A stretch of DNA of 64,000 bases from Pirellula sp. (GCA_013822735.1 PNKZ01000013.1:80076-144075); one strand, 5' to 3'. Numbered from the stretch's first letter, positions 17,801 through 27,500 are shown. Notes: a model not told the origin generated them from the sequence alone. Translations and numbers: made by a program.

Positions 17801-19605
17801 CCCGTGTTGTTGTTCACTGCGCCGAAATCGCGGATCGCCACGGTGCCGCCGTTGACATTAATCGCACCGTCGATCGTGGAGGCCGTACCGGCAAGGGTGA
17901 GCACCCCGGCTCCGGTCTTCGTCAGGTTGTGCGCGAATCCGGCGGATGCGGCAATGATGTTGCCGTTAATGAGCGTGTTGCCGTTGCCGCTGATCGTCAT
18001 GGTACGGTTGCCGGCGTCGGAATTGCTCCAGAAGTTGCCGGTGAAAGTGAGCAAGCCTCCGAGGTTGTTGGCGAAGCCGCTGTCGGCGTTACCGCCGCTG
18101 ACCGGTGCGGTCGTGAAGGCGAACCCGTAGCCGTTGCGGCTATTGAAGGTCAGCGTGATGTTGTCTTCATAAATCAAGTTGCCGAAGTTCACCGTTCCGT
18201 TGATTGCATCGCTGTCGACGCCGTGGTTGGCGACGAAGATGCTGGAGGCGCGACCGTACACGTTGGCGTTGGCGCCGCCGGTCACCTGCACAAGCGGCGT
18301 GTCCATCAATATGGAGAGAATTCCGCCGTTCATATCGAGCAAGGAACTCGTCGTCGTTACGGTGCGCGACCCGAGCACGTTGTTGGCGACGATGCGTATC
18401 TCGCTTTGACCGCTCGCGGCGCTGCTTGCGGCGCGAATCGTTCCGGAAAAGCCCGACGAATTCGACGCGGCCAAGATCAACGTGCCTGCGCCGGACTTCT
18501 CCAGCGTGCCCGTTCCCGTTAGTGCCCCGCTGAGATTGTAAATTCCGGCGCTGGTTTGATTCACGCCGCCTAGCGTGCTGATCGTCGTCGCGGCGGTGCC
18601 GAGTACGTTGAGACTTCCCGTGAAGTTGAGGGTGCCGACTCCGGCGAACAGCACGCGTGTGTTTAGGTTCGTCACACCGGCAGGCGCCGCCATCGTCACC
18701 GCGCCCGACAGTGAGTTGGTGCCGATGCTGATGAGCGCGGCGCCGCGGTCGCCGTTCGGGCCTTGCCCTTGCAAGGAAATGTCGCGTGATAGCGTGACTG
18801 CCGTGCTGAGACCATCGAGCACCAATGAGCCGCCGCCGAAGCCGCGATTGTTGGTCGATGCCGGAGTCGGATTGAAACCGGTAACGATGATCGCGGACGT
18901 GTCGAGGCCTAAGGCGGCCTCGTTGGAAATGATCAATGAGCCGTTGCGCAGCGTCGTCGTTCCGGTATACGCGTTGGTACTGTTGCTTAGCCGGATCGTG
19001 CCGCCGCCGCTGAGCGTGAGCCCTGCAGATCCGAGAAGCCGGCTTTCGATCGTTGCGAACGTACCGACCGCGGAAAACAGCGTCGGCGTCGTGCCGGCAA
19101 GTGTTAGGTCGCCGCCGGTGAGCGTGTAGCCGCTCCGCAGAAACGAGAGTTGATTGGCGGTGATTCCGTTCGAAAGCGTGACGGTGTTCACCGAGGGTAC
19201 GCCAAAAGCCGGAAACGGGCCGCTAAACACCGCAAGATCCGCAGCGGTGTTGGGCCAGGCCGCAAGGCTCGTCGTATTCCACCAGTTGGCCGTCGAAGTG
19301 TTCCAGGCACCGCCTCCGCCGAGATTGGCGCCTTCAACGTTGTTTCCAATCGCGTTCAGGTCCGGGTCCCAGTACAGCGTGGCGGCGCTGAGCGGCGTGC
19401 CTGACGCAATCAGGGCGCAGATACAAGCGAAGACCAAAGAACATCGCGTGCGATAGTGGCGGTCGCGACGATGTTCCGATCGCCGCGGGGGCCGCTGAGC
19501 GCTACGCATCGCTCGTGGCTCCGGTCGCGGCATAACTCGATTGAAAGAAAGGAGCGAAATTGGATTGACCGAAGTGTTGTCATGCGATTGCGGCAAGAGC
19601 TTCAT
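5842..19605 (-). CDS. Giant (4587 aa) beta-helix surface protein with autotransporter-associated beta-strand repeats and PEP-CTERM anchor (giant A)
   Basis: Dozens of LTKxGxGxLxLxxxNTYxGxTxxxxG repeats; G/T/A/S/N-rich. Signal peptide ends PLSA-ATLYWD. C-terminus is VPEPGS + TM + RRRKRR. Start uncertain (19605, 19533 or 19509). Confidence 0.92.
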   Translation of the reverse strand: MKLLPQSHDNTSVNPISLLSFNRVMPRPEPRAMRSAQRPPRRSEHRRDRHYRTRCSLVFACICALIASGTPLSAATLYWDPDLNAIGNNVEGANLGGGGAWNTSTANWWNTTSLAAWPNTAADLAVFSGPFPAFGVPSVNTVTLSNGITANQLSFLRSGYTLTGGDLTLAGTTPTLFSAVGTFATIESRLLGSAGLTLSGGGTIRLSNSTNAYTGTTTLRNGSLIISNEAALGLDTSAIIVTGFNPTPASTNNRGFGGGSLVLDGLSTAVTLSRDISLQGQGPNGDRGAALISIGTNSLSGAVTMAAPAGVTNLNTRVLFAGVGTLNFTGSLNVLGTAATTISTLGGVNQTSAGIYNLSGALTGTGTLEKSGAGTLILAASNSSGFSGTIRAASSAASGQSEIRIVANNVLGSRTVTTTSSLLDMNGGILSILMDTPLVQVTGGANANVYGRASSIFVANHGVDSDAINGTVNFGNLIYEDNITLTFNSRNGYGFAFTTAPVSGGNADSGFANNLGGLLTFTGNFWSNSDAGNRTMTISGNGNTLINGNIIAASAGFAHNLTKTGAGVLTLAGTASTIDGAINVNGGTVAIRDFGAVNNNTGTINIGTGTTGAALIIGVDGFAPAAGGLTTSKTINMAGTTGSATIYANQSGSTPVVLNADFGATGGTAANAKTLVLGGTNTADNLVNGVIPNNDAGGSVALRKIGGGTWVLAGANTFSGAVTLNDGTLKLKANAATSTILLNSTPVTFDASNAFAGSTLEFVGQAATNNLQTLGALTVTNGANTIKLTPGVGGTASLSFASISIPATGAAGGSVNFFAPTSADTIAFAATGITNNILHGGAYYSTPASVDFAFVSGAGIAIRAPVYGDGAGSGGSDIDFVNAASSLTTGMSNQITASLTNGAVTIDSLKISGGPTLTLTGLLTVRTAGTTNASGGILQTGGSAVIAGTGISTGGSGTLMIRVDGASDTLELSAPITSTTTGGFTKSGAGTLLLSAANALTGTISINEGTVKLSGVGRIAANNVSVTMRQGATIDLNGVTPSGSTNSWNNNGTLTNTSATAVVFNVGGSNGTGTSFGSFNEVAGRISIVKTGSGAQSWLGLSNYTGSTTIGSTGLVTVETLADIGEVSGIGRGDIANNAGSLIFNGSTGGLVFAGNVRDGELILGSVSMSTNRLFTLSGTGATLSSAPATNTNNAIIWSNTGDVAFGIVGPQLLTLTGTSQGDNTFNPRLTDSGTGLNITSVTKTGTGIWELGGGLTGNTYSGATTITQGILIAENGKGLSLNSNLVFDGGILQSQGLLTRNIGTAGGEMQFATPAANTAQFSGGFAGGDSKLTVTWSGVPVWGSTAGFLNTRDGLILQSSQARAQGATASIALSEVDIAGNFSLGTAALAASSPTITTANGSSTVTVDSTANLAVGQTLIGTNIPSGAYIISINSATQITISANATATGSGIVATAAAYALRPIRVDDNTNAGSDFATISGVISGTAGSGIRKLGAGFLRLSGANTYSGETNVYQGTLIVASLGNSAGSGTSSVGTETGANLDSNAVTLGNGGTGGGILQYMGAGETSDRKIRLNSTTGNSQIHADGAGAIVLTNVANDMVAGAKTLFLRGTNAGGNMITSTLSDNGGALGITIDSSATWILTGANDYSGTTTVSGGALGIGNDTAVGVGGNLDLSNGTTFAFGADRTVANPVRIVNNATAGFMGEYSLTFTSTLQLLAAANNVGLNNNIAPGKSVTFGNVTAESLTAARTWSIDGSGDTIVTGNITTTTGFNINLTKNGSGSFTLGGTASTFNNGVITIANGTFKIGADNVLNFSLQTNLVINPAATLSSTLDVNGFSDTIRGLAVSSAGSSFINNSAATAGTLSFGKGDQAVSFAGSVINTGTGALSLTKIGTASALFTGGTYAHRGATNVTGGSLVFAGDVSATTAVSVTGGSTLEFNNGFSASTGVTSLEVGAGSSLTLDLDLSGTQLLNLTSLSLGNTGTGTATLNLNVGDLATAGDNLNTDLIRLLNGGTLNLGGTITFNLTDAGMRPNQTYTLLNVVNGGLGAYGFSNLLQGLTPGGFASYAWITTDNLVQLQVGGLLTGSLYWRGLTNTAWNGAANNWSLDKAGTNPSSSLPGSGSDVVFQWNAPTNAAVSTTLEQNFTINSLTFEAATTPANTPTAVTIAAGVNPAFRLQVSPQTPTDGVKITTGGPAAVTISSPFSLGANQTWSVADSASVLTFSGALQGEQDVTVSGAGTVVLSAVADPLLFNPGLTADFTIIGGALELRNVGALGTTAADNLARVVVNGGGFYYNNATSGNVANPLTLGGGALSAGSATQTYSGTVNITAPSTVNMRNNNSAVVSTAARSINLTGVLSGTGKLTVDSVNTLSGGNQLTGSLTLSNDNSGWSGGLDLLRGTVAASNVNALGTGNITATLGRIQFLTAGGTSFDLAQNITVDAVGGILELSADASGTPTSDMSVNLNGIITLGSTANANNALRFSQATDNFSVFHVTNSIVLGNNASISYQGTAARFLDISAVISETGGSRNLTINDELGGWAVTSRTIRLSGASTFTGDITVAEGGLEFTTVSNIGGPASSLGRGSAITLAAATLTFVGADSQSTDRTITTTGSATLFANGSAGAVITYAGAVTQAADNSLTLNGTGAGRITGGITQPAGGATADLVVTNGTWTIRDGNVTIADDLLLNGGTLNLEDMVFSVNDDVVATGGALPTVLNLNSTGVLSAKNPAGASTGLYARAGAIINLNANDVYGVGNSGGLDFINLGDATVGAAGVLNTNSFNITTPGLLIGAIADGLEGQAIGSGTITVTSTATDYGSGIRTYRGAISANLAGVASLLKQGLDDVTLSGDNSGLTGTVAATRIDSGRLILDFTSDNHNKISSVAGLDMQGGTLVLNGNASAATAQAVASLTLSSGGSNRIVVNAGVGQDALLDIKAVTRANGSQDGTIRFVLPAGTQTATNGIITNTLNTNGLLGTSGFATVDDGTGTWFATNATNTAGGNIVALISTLKNDVATWQSGDHVTDGSAGFSGTLTGSGINSLRFDAAAGSDLAMSAGGALYVATGGILVTSNVTGSAGILNGTLASGAAEIIVTQDNASVFEISADIRINHSLTKSGVGTLLLSGNNVYTDETEIQEGTVQVTGGNAIGDTSLVTLGNDHFSTLQLLADETIGRLAGGSATTGLNLLAVVDIGAHTLTINQNSTSSATYSGLIVGSGDIVKLGSGNELLNNNSSGFTGTITINGGLFYFSGIGASAASSITINKGGTFLLDNTGSTRSGSRVLDTTPITLNSADGTFSGQTIVRGLSIRTDVNATTNETIGALNFNSGANYLSGEASGSTGIAHIIADNFVRANNATVDARGRNMGGTASDRNQFKIGPAANETAFIGSLIGGGGGAGTTTRSIVPWGIGESISAALADTNMGNSLITYVAAQGFVALDLTTDYAPFSAGGNSANVRENLTADNLAAAGRTLNALVIHNNNTTASTVSLMGTGAGQSLVNTSGTFLFTLNSGAAAASANGINLGGFDDGISVGSTNEYVVFVVNPSSAAGSASLTATISSPLTSNADITKSGRGTLILTAVNTAGGGARKTTINEGILEIADLDNIGGNTGALVFAGGTLRLGSSLTDDISLRAITLLGGGGTIDTNGISLVLANSVGSGSGGFTKTGAGNLTLNAAANYTGATSITGGTLTLGVGNAIGVGNNLSIGAGATFDIGTNNVAVGTMTTSGAGPVISGTGTITAASGFFFNNTVDTTISAVLAGSGGLLKTQTNVLTLSNANTFSGPVELQSGTLSFASVDNVGGAASALGAPTTVESGIIRTGLTTTSVTLTYTGLGSVTDRIVEMQGTTGGLTINANGSGSLGLGTIRTITAGTKTLTLGGTSTGVDNSVNFIQEIVSTLNLSKTGTSTWVLLGPNTYTGTTTLTAGVLKVGSDASLSTAALGLAGGTLDNYDGNRTISSAVTLTGVSTLQGSGNFTFTGNWSSTGASRNLIISNVGTMTIGDSASDTFVLAENNQARTVTISVAPTADATINAVIQDGTGSGADALTKNGLGRLILMGPNTYTGATTVGAGILGIGNNSALGTTANGTTVAAGASLELQGDITVGAEPLSITGTGTATNGALRNLSGNNIYGGTVTLTTGGATIQSDAGLLTLSAANSIAGAAQSLIVTGMGDVTIAGAITTTTGSLTMNGLGKLTLSGANTYSGGTALADGIVQVDSLGALGTAGSITFSGGTLQYSANNAVDYSARFSTAANQLFRIDTNSQSVSFGTAFGSAGSSLTKLGLGNLTLTNTPSYSGATNVYQGSLTVNTALNNSSGVNVGNAATPGNVGTFNGTGPINAPVVVNNNGVLSAGSNTNGAAGNGVGALPIASSTWNAGASVVFDFQAAAGNPTGTEITPGTNWDYFAVSGALNLALSPGDKINLYLNSWNGTAGYGTNSFDPTSAIDEEPNAGQHEPGGRAYAYTWKWLAANEIQLNGSSAAINPLVDTDLSAYFNVFTNQTGDAIFGTGAGSSYGSALGGQFWVSSYNNALYINYSAVPEPGSLLMVALAGLGFAGYRRRKRRTAEVGVEDASQTGAVPSELKA

Positions 19606-19728
19606 TGCAGACGTTCCGATCCTGAGAGGCTTCGAGTGAAGTGGGCGGTAGTCGAGCGACGAAAATGGATCGCGATCCGGAAGCGGAGAGCTGCCGTCGC
19701 TTGCAACTGCGAGGTCGTCTACTTGCCG

Positions 19729-19756
19729 ACTATAAGTGCATTAACCGAGCTCACAA
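19729..19756 (-). promoter_or_regulatory. Putative sigma70-type promoter of giant A
   Basis: Minus strand TTGTGA-GCTCGGTTAATGCACT(16)-TATAGT; homologous to the element upstream of giant B. Confidence 0.6.
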
Positions 19757-19990
19757 CGAATTGGATCGCTGGATAAAAAAGTAAAAAACGCCGCGAATAA
19801 CGCTGCGAAAATTGATCGCGCGCGCAACGCCGTTCGTTCGCTCCGACACGGCGACGCAGCCCCGCGGAGGCACCTCGGTAGGTGCGACAAGTTCGCCGGT
19901 TGCAACTGCTCGATGAAGCGGTCGGTCCGTACACACTGTCGCGGTGACCGGCGATTACCTAACACCTTCGAGGGTGCGTCATCACAAGAC

Positions 19991-20010
19991 CGCGACATTT
20001 TCGCGCGGTG
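19991..20010. promoter_or_regulatory. Conserved 20-bp upstream motif, copy 1 (candidate operator/activator site)
   Basis: CGCGACATTTTCGCGCGGTG, 18/20 identical to 36229-36248; contains a CGCGA-N5-TCGCG dyad. Confidence 0.5.
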
Positions 20011-20293
20011 AAAACGGGGGAATGTCGTCGAACCCCTAAGAGGCCGGCAGAGGCACGTCGGCGACATGTTGTCGCGTCCGCAAGACGGTTGGCGTCAAGT
20101 TGTCACCATGGCAAATCTCGTCAACCCAAATATTCTTCGCAGGACAAAGATCAACGTCGCTGCCGCAACGAATTCTTATTACTTGTTTGCATCCACGTTT
20201 GCCGGCACGCGCGTTGCAAAAGAAAGGGTTCAACGCGGCAATATTTTTGTGGGCAGATTTGGCAACTCCCTCAACAGCAGCATCTCTAACACC

Positions 20294-21280
20294 ATGATTC
20301 GCACTTCACGCAATACGACGTATTCGGAGTGGGTCGCGACGGAATTGGAATGGCGCCGCATAGCGATCCAACTCCAGGAGCTGGACGCGACCATGCAACA
20401 ACGCTCTCTTTCGGACTACGTACGTCGCGGAGATAGCTTCTTACCGTTGGGCGTATTGGAAATGTCGGTAGCGTCTGCATCGCGTCTTACGCTCGACGAG
20501 CTGCGGCGTTTTCCCGGCGTAGGTCTTGTGAAGATTCGCAATCTTTGCGGCTTGCTGCGGCGAATCGTGCAAGTGGATGCCCGTTTCGAGCATGAACCAT
20601 ATGCTTTGGCCACCGCCGGCGATTCCGACACGGTGTCGGAAGTTACTTGGTCGCAGTGGTGCAACGAGCTCCGCGGTTCCTCGGAGCTAAGAGATCCCGT
20701 CGGACGATATGTTGAAAAGCTTGATGAACTCCCCCGCGGTAGCTGGGTCATACCCGTCGGCGATTTCGCGGCGCTGTCGTTGCATGAGCTGCTTCGACTG
20801 CCGGGCTACGGCGCACAACGAGCCGGCGCGGTGATCGCAACCATCCGAATGCTCGCGAATCTTCGTTCGGCATTGAATCGTCAAACCGGTGCGACGGTGA
20901 TGTGCACCCGCGTGGAGATCGCTCGCGCCGACGCCTGGTTTGTAGCCGCGCTCTGCGCTCCCGAGTCGATGAACTTTGCGGATCTGCGGCGCGAAGTTCT
21001 GGAACCGTTGGGGCGGCAAATTCGTGCTGATCTAGGCGAAGCGTATGCGGATCGCGACTGCGACGGCACGCTGTCGGCGTCGCGTGTCCGTCAGGTTCGC
21101 CAAGAAGTGTTCGCGGCGATTCAGGTCCGTTGGCCGCGCGGCGAACGACTCGTGGAAGCTTTTTTAAGCACGATCAATGCGTCGTGGAAGCCCGACGAGC
21201 AAGCGTCCGCCGTTAGAGAATTGACGAGATTTTTTCCAAGTGCACGCCGCGCGACACCGGAAACCGGCGAGAAACGGTAG
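20294..21280 (+). CDS. Uncharacterised protein with two RNA-polymerase alphaCTD/HhH-like motifs; putative transcriptional regulator
   Basis: LTLDELRRFPGVGLVKIRNL and LSLHELLRLPGYGAQRAG. C-terminal SASRVRQV resembles a sigma4 recognition helix. From memory it is similar to a conserved planctomycete hypothetical family. The ORF is open from 20066; ATG 20294 chosen. Confidence 0.6.
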   Translation: MIRTSRNTTYSEWVATELEWRRIAIQLQELDATMQQRSLSDYVRRGDSFLPLGVLEMSVASASRLTLDELRRFPGVGLVKIRNLCGLLRRIVQVDARFEHEPYALATAGDSDTVSEVTWSQWCNELRGSSELRDPVGRYVEKLDELPRGSWVIPVGDFAALSLHELLRLPGYGAQRAGAVIATIRMLANLRSALNRQTGATVMCTRVEIARADAWFVAALCAPESMNFADLRREVLEPLGRQIRADLGEAYADRDCDGTLSASRVRQVRQEVFAAIQVRWPRGERLVEAFLSTINASWKPDEQASAVRELTRFFPSARRATPETGEKR

Positions 21281-21502
21281 CGCCTTTTTGCGTTCTCAGT
21301 TCGCTACGAGGACGCCCGCCGACGCCGTTTGAAGCGACCGCTCCGTCGCGCGTCCTGATCGCTAACGGATTGAAATCCGTCTAGCGCACCGAGAGCATGA
21401 CTTTATCAATCAGGCGGCAGCGAACGGCGCAGAAACGCAGATTAATGCAAGGAGAATTCGAATGTGCCCGAAAGCATCTTCTGCCAGCTAGATCGGCAGC
21501 GT

Positions 21503-24500
21503 CTACTTGCTTGCGATCGATTCCGACTGCGAGGATTCCACGTCGGCGTCGAGTTTCCGCTTCCGCCGGCGATAACCGGCGAACCCGATTCCGGCCAGGC
21601 TGATTAGCAGCAGGCTCCCGGGTTCGGGAACGGCCGAATAGTTGACGTAGAGACTGTTTCCGACGGCGCTCACCCAGAATTGGCCGCCGATTGTGCCGGG
21701 ACCGTAGGCCGTGTTGCTGAACACGCCCGTTCCGGCGCGGGAGTCGACCACGTTGAAGTTGGCAAGGTAGGTATAGTTCCCGTTGTCGATCTCGTTCTGA
21801 CCGAGAATGCCGTTGGTCGTCATCCACTTCCACTGGTACGCGTCGGCGAACGGTTGTTCGGGATTGAAGTCGTTGGGGCCCGGCGCGTTCCCCCCTTCGT
21901 TCTTGCCATAAGCGGCGTTGTTCAAAGTCCACGAGTCGATGTAAAGGGTGAGATTCGTCCCCAAGGTCACGGTTCCCGCGACGTTCAAGTAGTCCCAGTT
22001 GGTCCCTTCGACTCCGACCGCCTGATTGAAATCGAACACGAGCGAGGAATTGTTACCGAGGACGATTCCGCCGGTCCCGACGTCGAGCCGACCGACGCCG
22101 TTGCCGTTGTTGCCCGCGTCGTTGGCGCCCGCGCTCAACTGCCCGCCGGCGGCCGGAGATCCTCCGGCGGCGATCGTAATTGCCGCCGCAGCGTTGATGG
22201 CGGCTCCCGGCGTAGCGGCGGGCGCACCGCCGTTGAGCGTAGCCCCCGCCGCGACCAACACGTCGCTGCCGGCGAGAGTGCCGTTGACGGTTAAGACGCC
22301 GGCGTTGACGGTCGTCGAGCCGGCATAATTGTTCGTGCCGTTGAGTACGAGGATGCCGGTGCTCTCCTTGAACAGCGCGCCGGCTCCCGTCACGCCGCTA
22401 TTGACCGTCAGTTTCGTGGCTGCGGCGACGTCGAATGCGCCGCCTCCCGCGCTAAGCGTCACGCCGCGATTCGCACTCAACGACGTGCTTCCCGTGGTCT
22501 TCAGCGTTCCCTTCGTCGCGCCGCCGCCGAGCGTCAGTTGGTTGGCGGCGAAAGCTCCCGGCGATGCGCCGAGGTTCGCTTCGGAGGCAATCTGCAGAGT
22601 TCCGTTGCCGACAGACGTTCGTCCGGTGAACGTGACGCTGTTGTCGCCGCTTAGGATCCAGGTGCCCGTGCCGACGGAACTCTTGAAGAGCCGCTGCCCC
22701 CCGGTGATTTGGCCGCTGATTTCGCCGTTGCCGTCGCCCCGCAACACGAAGTCTTGCGCTCCGGCGGCAAGGTTGACGTCGCCGCTGATGGTGAGTGTGC
22801 CGGCGTCGGAATTGAGCACAGCGCGGTTGGCGCCGTCGGTGCCCGTATCGACCGTGAGGTTGCCGGTCCAGGTGTTATTGCCGCTTTGGTTGTTGAGGGC
22901 CGCATTGCCGCCCGCTCCCGCCGAGAGAGAGAGCAACTCGCCGGCGACCGTGATATTGCCCGACAGCGAAAGCGTGCCGCCCGCGGCGACACTCGTGCCG
23001 TTGGTCGTGCCGCCGAGCGCACCACCGTGGGCGACGGCCAGCACGCCGGCCGACACGGTGGTCAGTCCGGCGTAGTTGTTCGCGACATTCAGGCTCAGGA
23101 TCCCGACGCCGTCCTTGGTCAGCCCGCCGGCGCCCAGGGCGATGGCGTCGGCGACGATGATGTTGCCGATGCCGCCGAAGGTGAGGTCGACGTCGGCGCC
23201 GGTGACGGCGTTGCCGGACGCGACGTCGAGCGTCAGCGTGTCGCCGGCTCCGTTAGAATTGATGCGCGCGGCCGAGGCGAGGGTAATGTTGCCCGCGTAG
23301 GTGTTATTGCCCGCAGCACTGCGAAGTGCGCCATCGTCGCTGATGCCGGTGCCGTTGAGCGTTAGCGCTTCGGCCAGCGTGGTGATGTTGTTGGAGATCT
23401 CCAAGGCGGCGCCGGTGCCCGCCACGGTCGTGCCGCGGGCCGTGCCGCCGAGCGCACTGCCGTGCCTGATCTGCAGCACGCCCGCCGTCACTGTCGTGAA
23501 GCCGGTGTAGCTGTTAAGCGTGTCCAGCAACAAAGTACCGGTCGTCGTCTTATCGAGCGTCGCGTTGACCGTGGCACCGCCGGCGTTGAGTTCCGCCAAG
23601 TTTCGCAACGTGCCGGATTGCGCGTTGAAAGTGATGAACGCTCCGGCAGCGCCGATGTTGCCGGACGTCATATCGAGGAGGCCGCCGTTGAGCGCGAGCG
23701 TCACGTTTTCCACACCGAGTCCGTTGGTATACGCGATGTTCCCTCCGACGGTGAGCGAGCCACCTGTGATGTTGATCGTATTCGTGATCACGTTCAGAGC
23801 ATTGACCGTCGTGTTGCCCATACTGATATTGCCGGTGACGTTGACAGTGCCGGCGCTAATGTTGAGCGTCGAGGCGGCCGTGGTCACCGTCGTGACGGCG
23901 GCGGTCGCCGAGTTGACGGCCATATTGATCGCGCCGATCGTCGTCGTGCTGCCGGCAATGTTCACCGTGGCCGACGATCCGCCGGTCGCGTTGACGCCGC
24001 TCAGCGTCACGGAGCCCATGTTTAACGTCGTGATCGACGTGGTGCCGATGCCGCCGATATCAATCGTAGCCGCGGCGTTGCCGGACGAATCGGCGGTGCT
24101 CGCCGAGTTCTGACTCATCGTCACGGTGCCCAGCGTTACCGTGGTCCCCGCCGTCGTGCCGCCCAACGTGAGATTGGCCGTGGTACCGCCGGTCGTGAAG
24201 CTGGAGCCGGCGCGATTGCTGAGCACGGCCGTGGTTGCCGCGAACGTTCCCTGATCGAAGGTCAACGTACTGACATTCGTCTGGGTTGTCGTATTAGCGG
24301 TCGGGTTGCGCGAGGCCATCGTGAGCGTGCCGAGCAGGAGGTCGGCACTGTGACCTGCAAGAGACAGCGTCGAAGTCATCGACGTACCCGTATTGGTAGT
24401 GCTATTGATCATGTTCAATGTCGCGGCGGCAGTTCCGTTTTCGCCGCGAACGGTGACGCTGCCCTGAGTCGGATTGGCGAAGTTGACGGCTCCGCTGCTG

Positions 24501-27500
24501 CGCAGCGCCGTGGTTCCGGACGCCAGAAAGCTGCCGATGTTGAACGTGTTGGCGAAGAGATTGGTTTGACCGGTTCCCATCGTCAGCGTCGCGGTGCCGG
24601 CGCGCGTCGTGGTGCCGCCGACATCGAGCGTGCCCGCCTGAATCGTACTGTTTACGGCGAGCAGCGCAGTATTCGTGTCCGTAGCGCTGCCGCCATCCGC
24701 ACTACCGACTCGGAACGCGCCGGCCGTTCCCAGGTCGGTCGTAAACGAACCGAGATTGGTCATCGTCAGGATGACGGTACCCGTCGCGGTGCTGCTGCCG
24801 CCGACGCGAAACGTGAGGTTCGTGCCGGAAACATTCCAAGCGCTCGTCGCGCCGGCGACGGTAAGACGGGCATTTGTGCCGGTTCCGGCGGAGCCGATGG
24901 TGACGTTAGCGTTGTTGGTCAGCGTGCGCCCGGCGCCGAGCGTAATCGTGTTCTGGCTCGACGAATTGGTTTGCACGAGCATCGCTCCGCCGATCGTCAG
25001 ATTGGCGGAAGAAAGATCGAGCGTACTGACGATGGTTCCTGCCGAAGTGCCGAAGGTCAGGCCGCCGCTCAACGACGTGTTGGTGGCGATGGTCGTCGTT
25101 CCTCCGACGAGAGTCGTCGTGCCCGAGTAGTTGTCGGCGGCGTTGTTGCTTAGGCCTGAAAGCACCAAGGTTCCGGCGCCGTCTTTGTTCAGATTGAATG
25201 AATTGATGCCGTCGTTAATCACTCCGCCGACCGTGAGCGTGTTGGCGGTGGTCGTTACGGTGACGTTCGCTCCCAACAGCACGGACCCGGTGCCGAGGTT
25301 GTAACTGCTTCCCCCGGTGAAAACGAAACTCCCGTTCCAAACTTGGGAGTTGTTGTTGGCGTTGACGATAGCGGCGCCGGAAAGGTTGTTGATGATGCCG
25401 CCGTTAATGGTGAAGAGTCCGGTGCCGAGAGCACCGGCGTGGTTGATATTTAGCGTCGTGGCTGCAGCCATCATGACGCCGCCGGTCGCGTCGGTGTTGT
25501 CTCCGTTGAGCGTGAGAATGCCGCCGCTGAGATCGGTGAGGCCGTCGTAGGTGTTTGCGCCATTGAGAACGAGCGTGCCCGCTCCGGCTTTGCCGAGTCC
25601 GCGATTGCCGCCGCTTTGACCGATGGCCCCGCCCACCGTCAGCGTGCCGGCCGCGCCGGTAACGACAGTATTGTTCGTGAGCGTGACGCCGCCGGCGCCG
25701 AGGTTGAGGCTCTGCGTACCGGTGAACGTAAAGTTGCCGTTCCAGGTCTGAACGTTGTTGGTGCTGAGCGTAACCGCTGCGCCCGACGAGTTGTTGATCG
25801 TCGTACCGGAACCGATGACCAGCGTGCCGGTGCCGAGGGCAGTTGCCGTATTGATATTCAAAGTGCCGTCGGTAAGCGTGATGCCGCCGGCTCCGCTATT
25901 GGCGCCGCTGAGCGTAAGCATGCCGGCGCCGGTCTTATTTACCGAACTGGTAAAGGTCGTGTTGCCGCTGACGACGAGCGAAGCCCCCACGGCGGACACT
26001 TGCCAGGTTTGCGGCGATGATGCCGTGAGCGGGGCGGCGATCGTGATCGTGCCGGCGTTATTGCGAATTTCGATTCCGGACGAGCTGCTCACCGGGGCCA
26101 ACTCGAGCGTGCCGCCGGTGCCGGGATTGATCGTGACGGCCGTCACGCCGGCAGGTACGGAATCGAACACGAGGCTGTCGATGGTAAACGCCGCATCCAG
26201 CGTGGTGGTAATGACCGTCGTGGAGGTAAACGGCGTCCCCAACGCGCTAAACACGACGGTTTCCGACGGCAGCGGCTTGTGCGCCGAGTCGACCGTTCCG
26301 TTACTATCCGACGTCCAATTGGCGGTACCCGCGCCGAGCGTGTTCCAGGAGGCATTCTGTCCGCCCCGCCAGTAGATCGGCAGGAACGGCGATGCCGTAA
26401 GGCTCACAAGCGAATCGGTCCGATTGATGACCAGATTCCAACCGTTGATGCCGGCGCCCAGTACGAAGTTGGCGCCGAGAAGTCCGCTTGGCGCCGAAAT
26501 CAGATTGTAGGTCGTGGCCGAAACGCCGGCGCCGAAGTTGATGAAATCAAGAATAACGGTCCCGGATACCACGGCCGGATTCGTCACGGCCAGGCTGTCC
26601 GAGAGTAGCGCGTCGAGTTCGAACGCGAGTCGCGAGCCGTTGGCAAGCGTAAGCCCGCTTAACCCTCCGAGGGCCTGCACTGCGCCGTTGCCGAAGTTCA
26701 TCACGCCGGAGGCCCCGACGGTAAGGGCACTGATCCCGCCGACGCCGAAACCCGCGCGAAGCGCGCCGTCGCTCACGGTGACGGCCCCGCCGTTGAGATT
26801 CGTCGTGTTGGCAAGAATCACCGTGCCGGGCCCCAGCTTGATCAGGCTGCCGCTGCTGGCCGCATCCACGCCGGCGGAAAATTGCAGCACCCCGGTGGAA
26901 CTCGTAACGTCTAGCGTAGCGCCGGCCGCGGCGACGGTGAGAACGCGATTCGCGCCGAGGTCGAGCGTGGTGCTCGCCGTGTAGCGGAGCGTACCGCCGT
27001 TGACCGCGACGGTGTTGGTCGCGGAGGCGTTACCAAGGTTGCCGCTCGTGGAAAACGCCAGCACCCCGGAATTGACGTTTACCGGGCCGCTAAACGTATT
27101 CAATCCGCCGAGCGTCACGGTCCCCACCGTCGATTTGATGACGCCGACGCCGCCGGCCAAAATTGCCGCGACCGTGCCGGAGCGCAAGTCATAGTCCGCC
27201 GACGCGGTGAGAATTCCCGTGGTGCCGTTGATGCTGCCGCTTTGCAGGCTGACGGTCCCGACGGTTTCCGCGAACGTGGCGACGTCGAATGTGCCGCCGT
27301 TGATCGTGACGTTGCCCGTATCGGCAAGCACGCCGGCCGCTCCCAAAGCCAAGATGCCGCCGGTGATTGTCGTACCGCCGGTATAGGTGTTGGCTCCCGA
27401 AAGCGTCAGCGTGCCGCCGTTGATCTTGGTGAGGCCGCCGCTGACGTTCGCCGTGTTGAGTGCGCCGGCCGTCACCGCGGCTCCCGTTCCGCCGCCGCCC

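Noticed and set aside
19644-19655. ops-like GGCGGTAG near the start of giant A (also near 63280)
   Set aside because: It is on the wrong strand for giant A, and neither copy has the downstream TG of the ops consensus.
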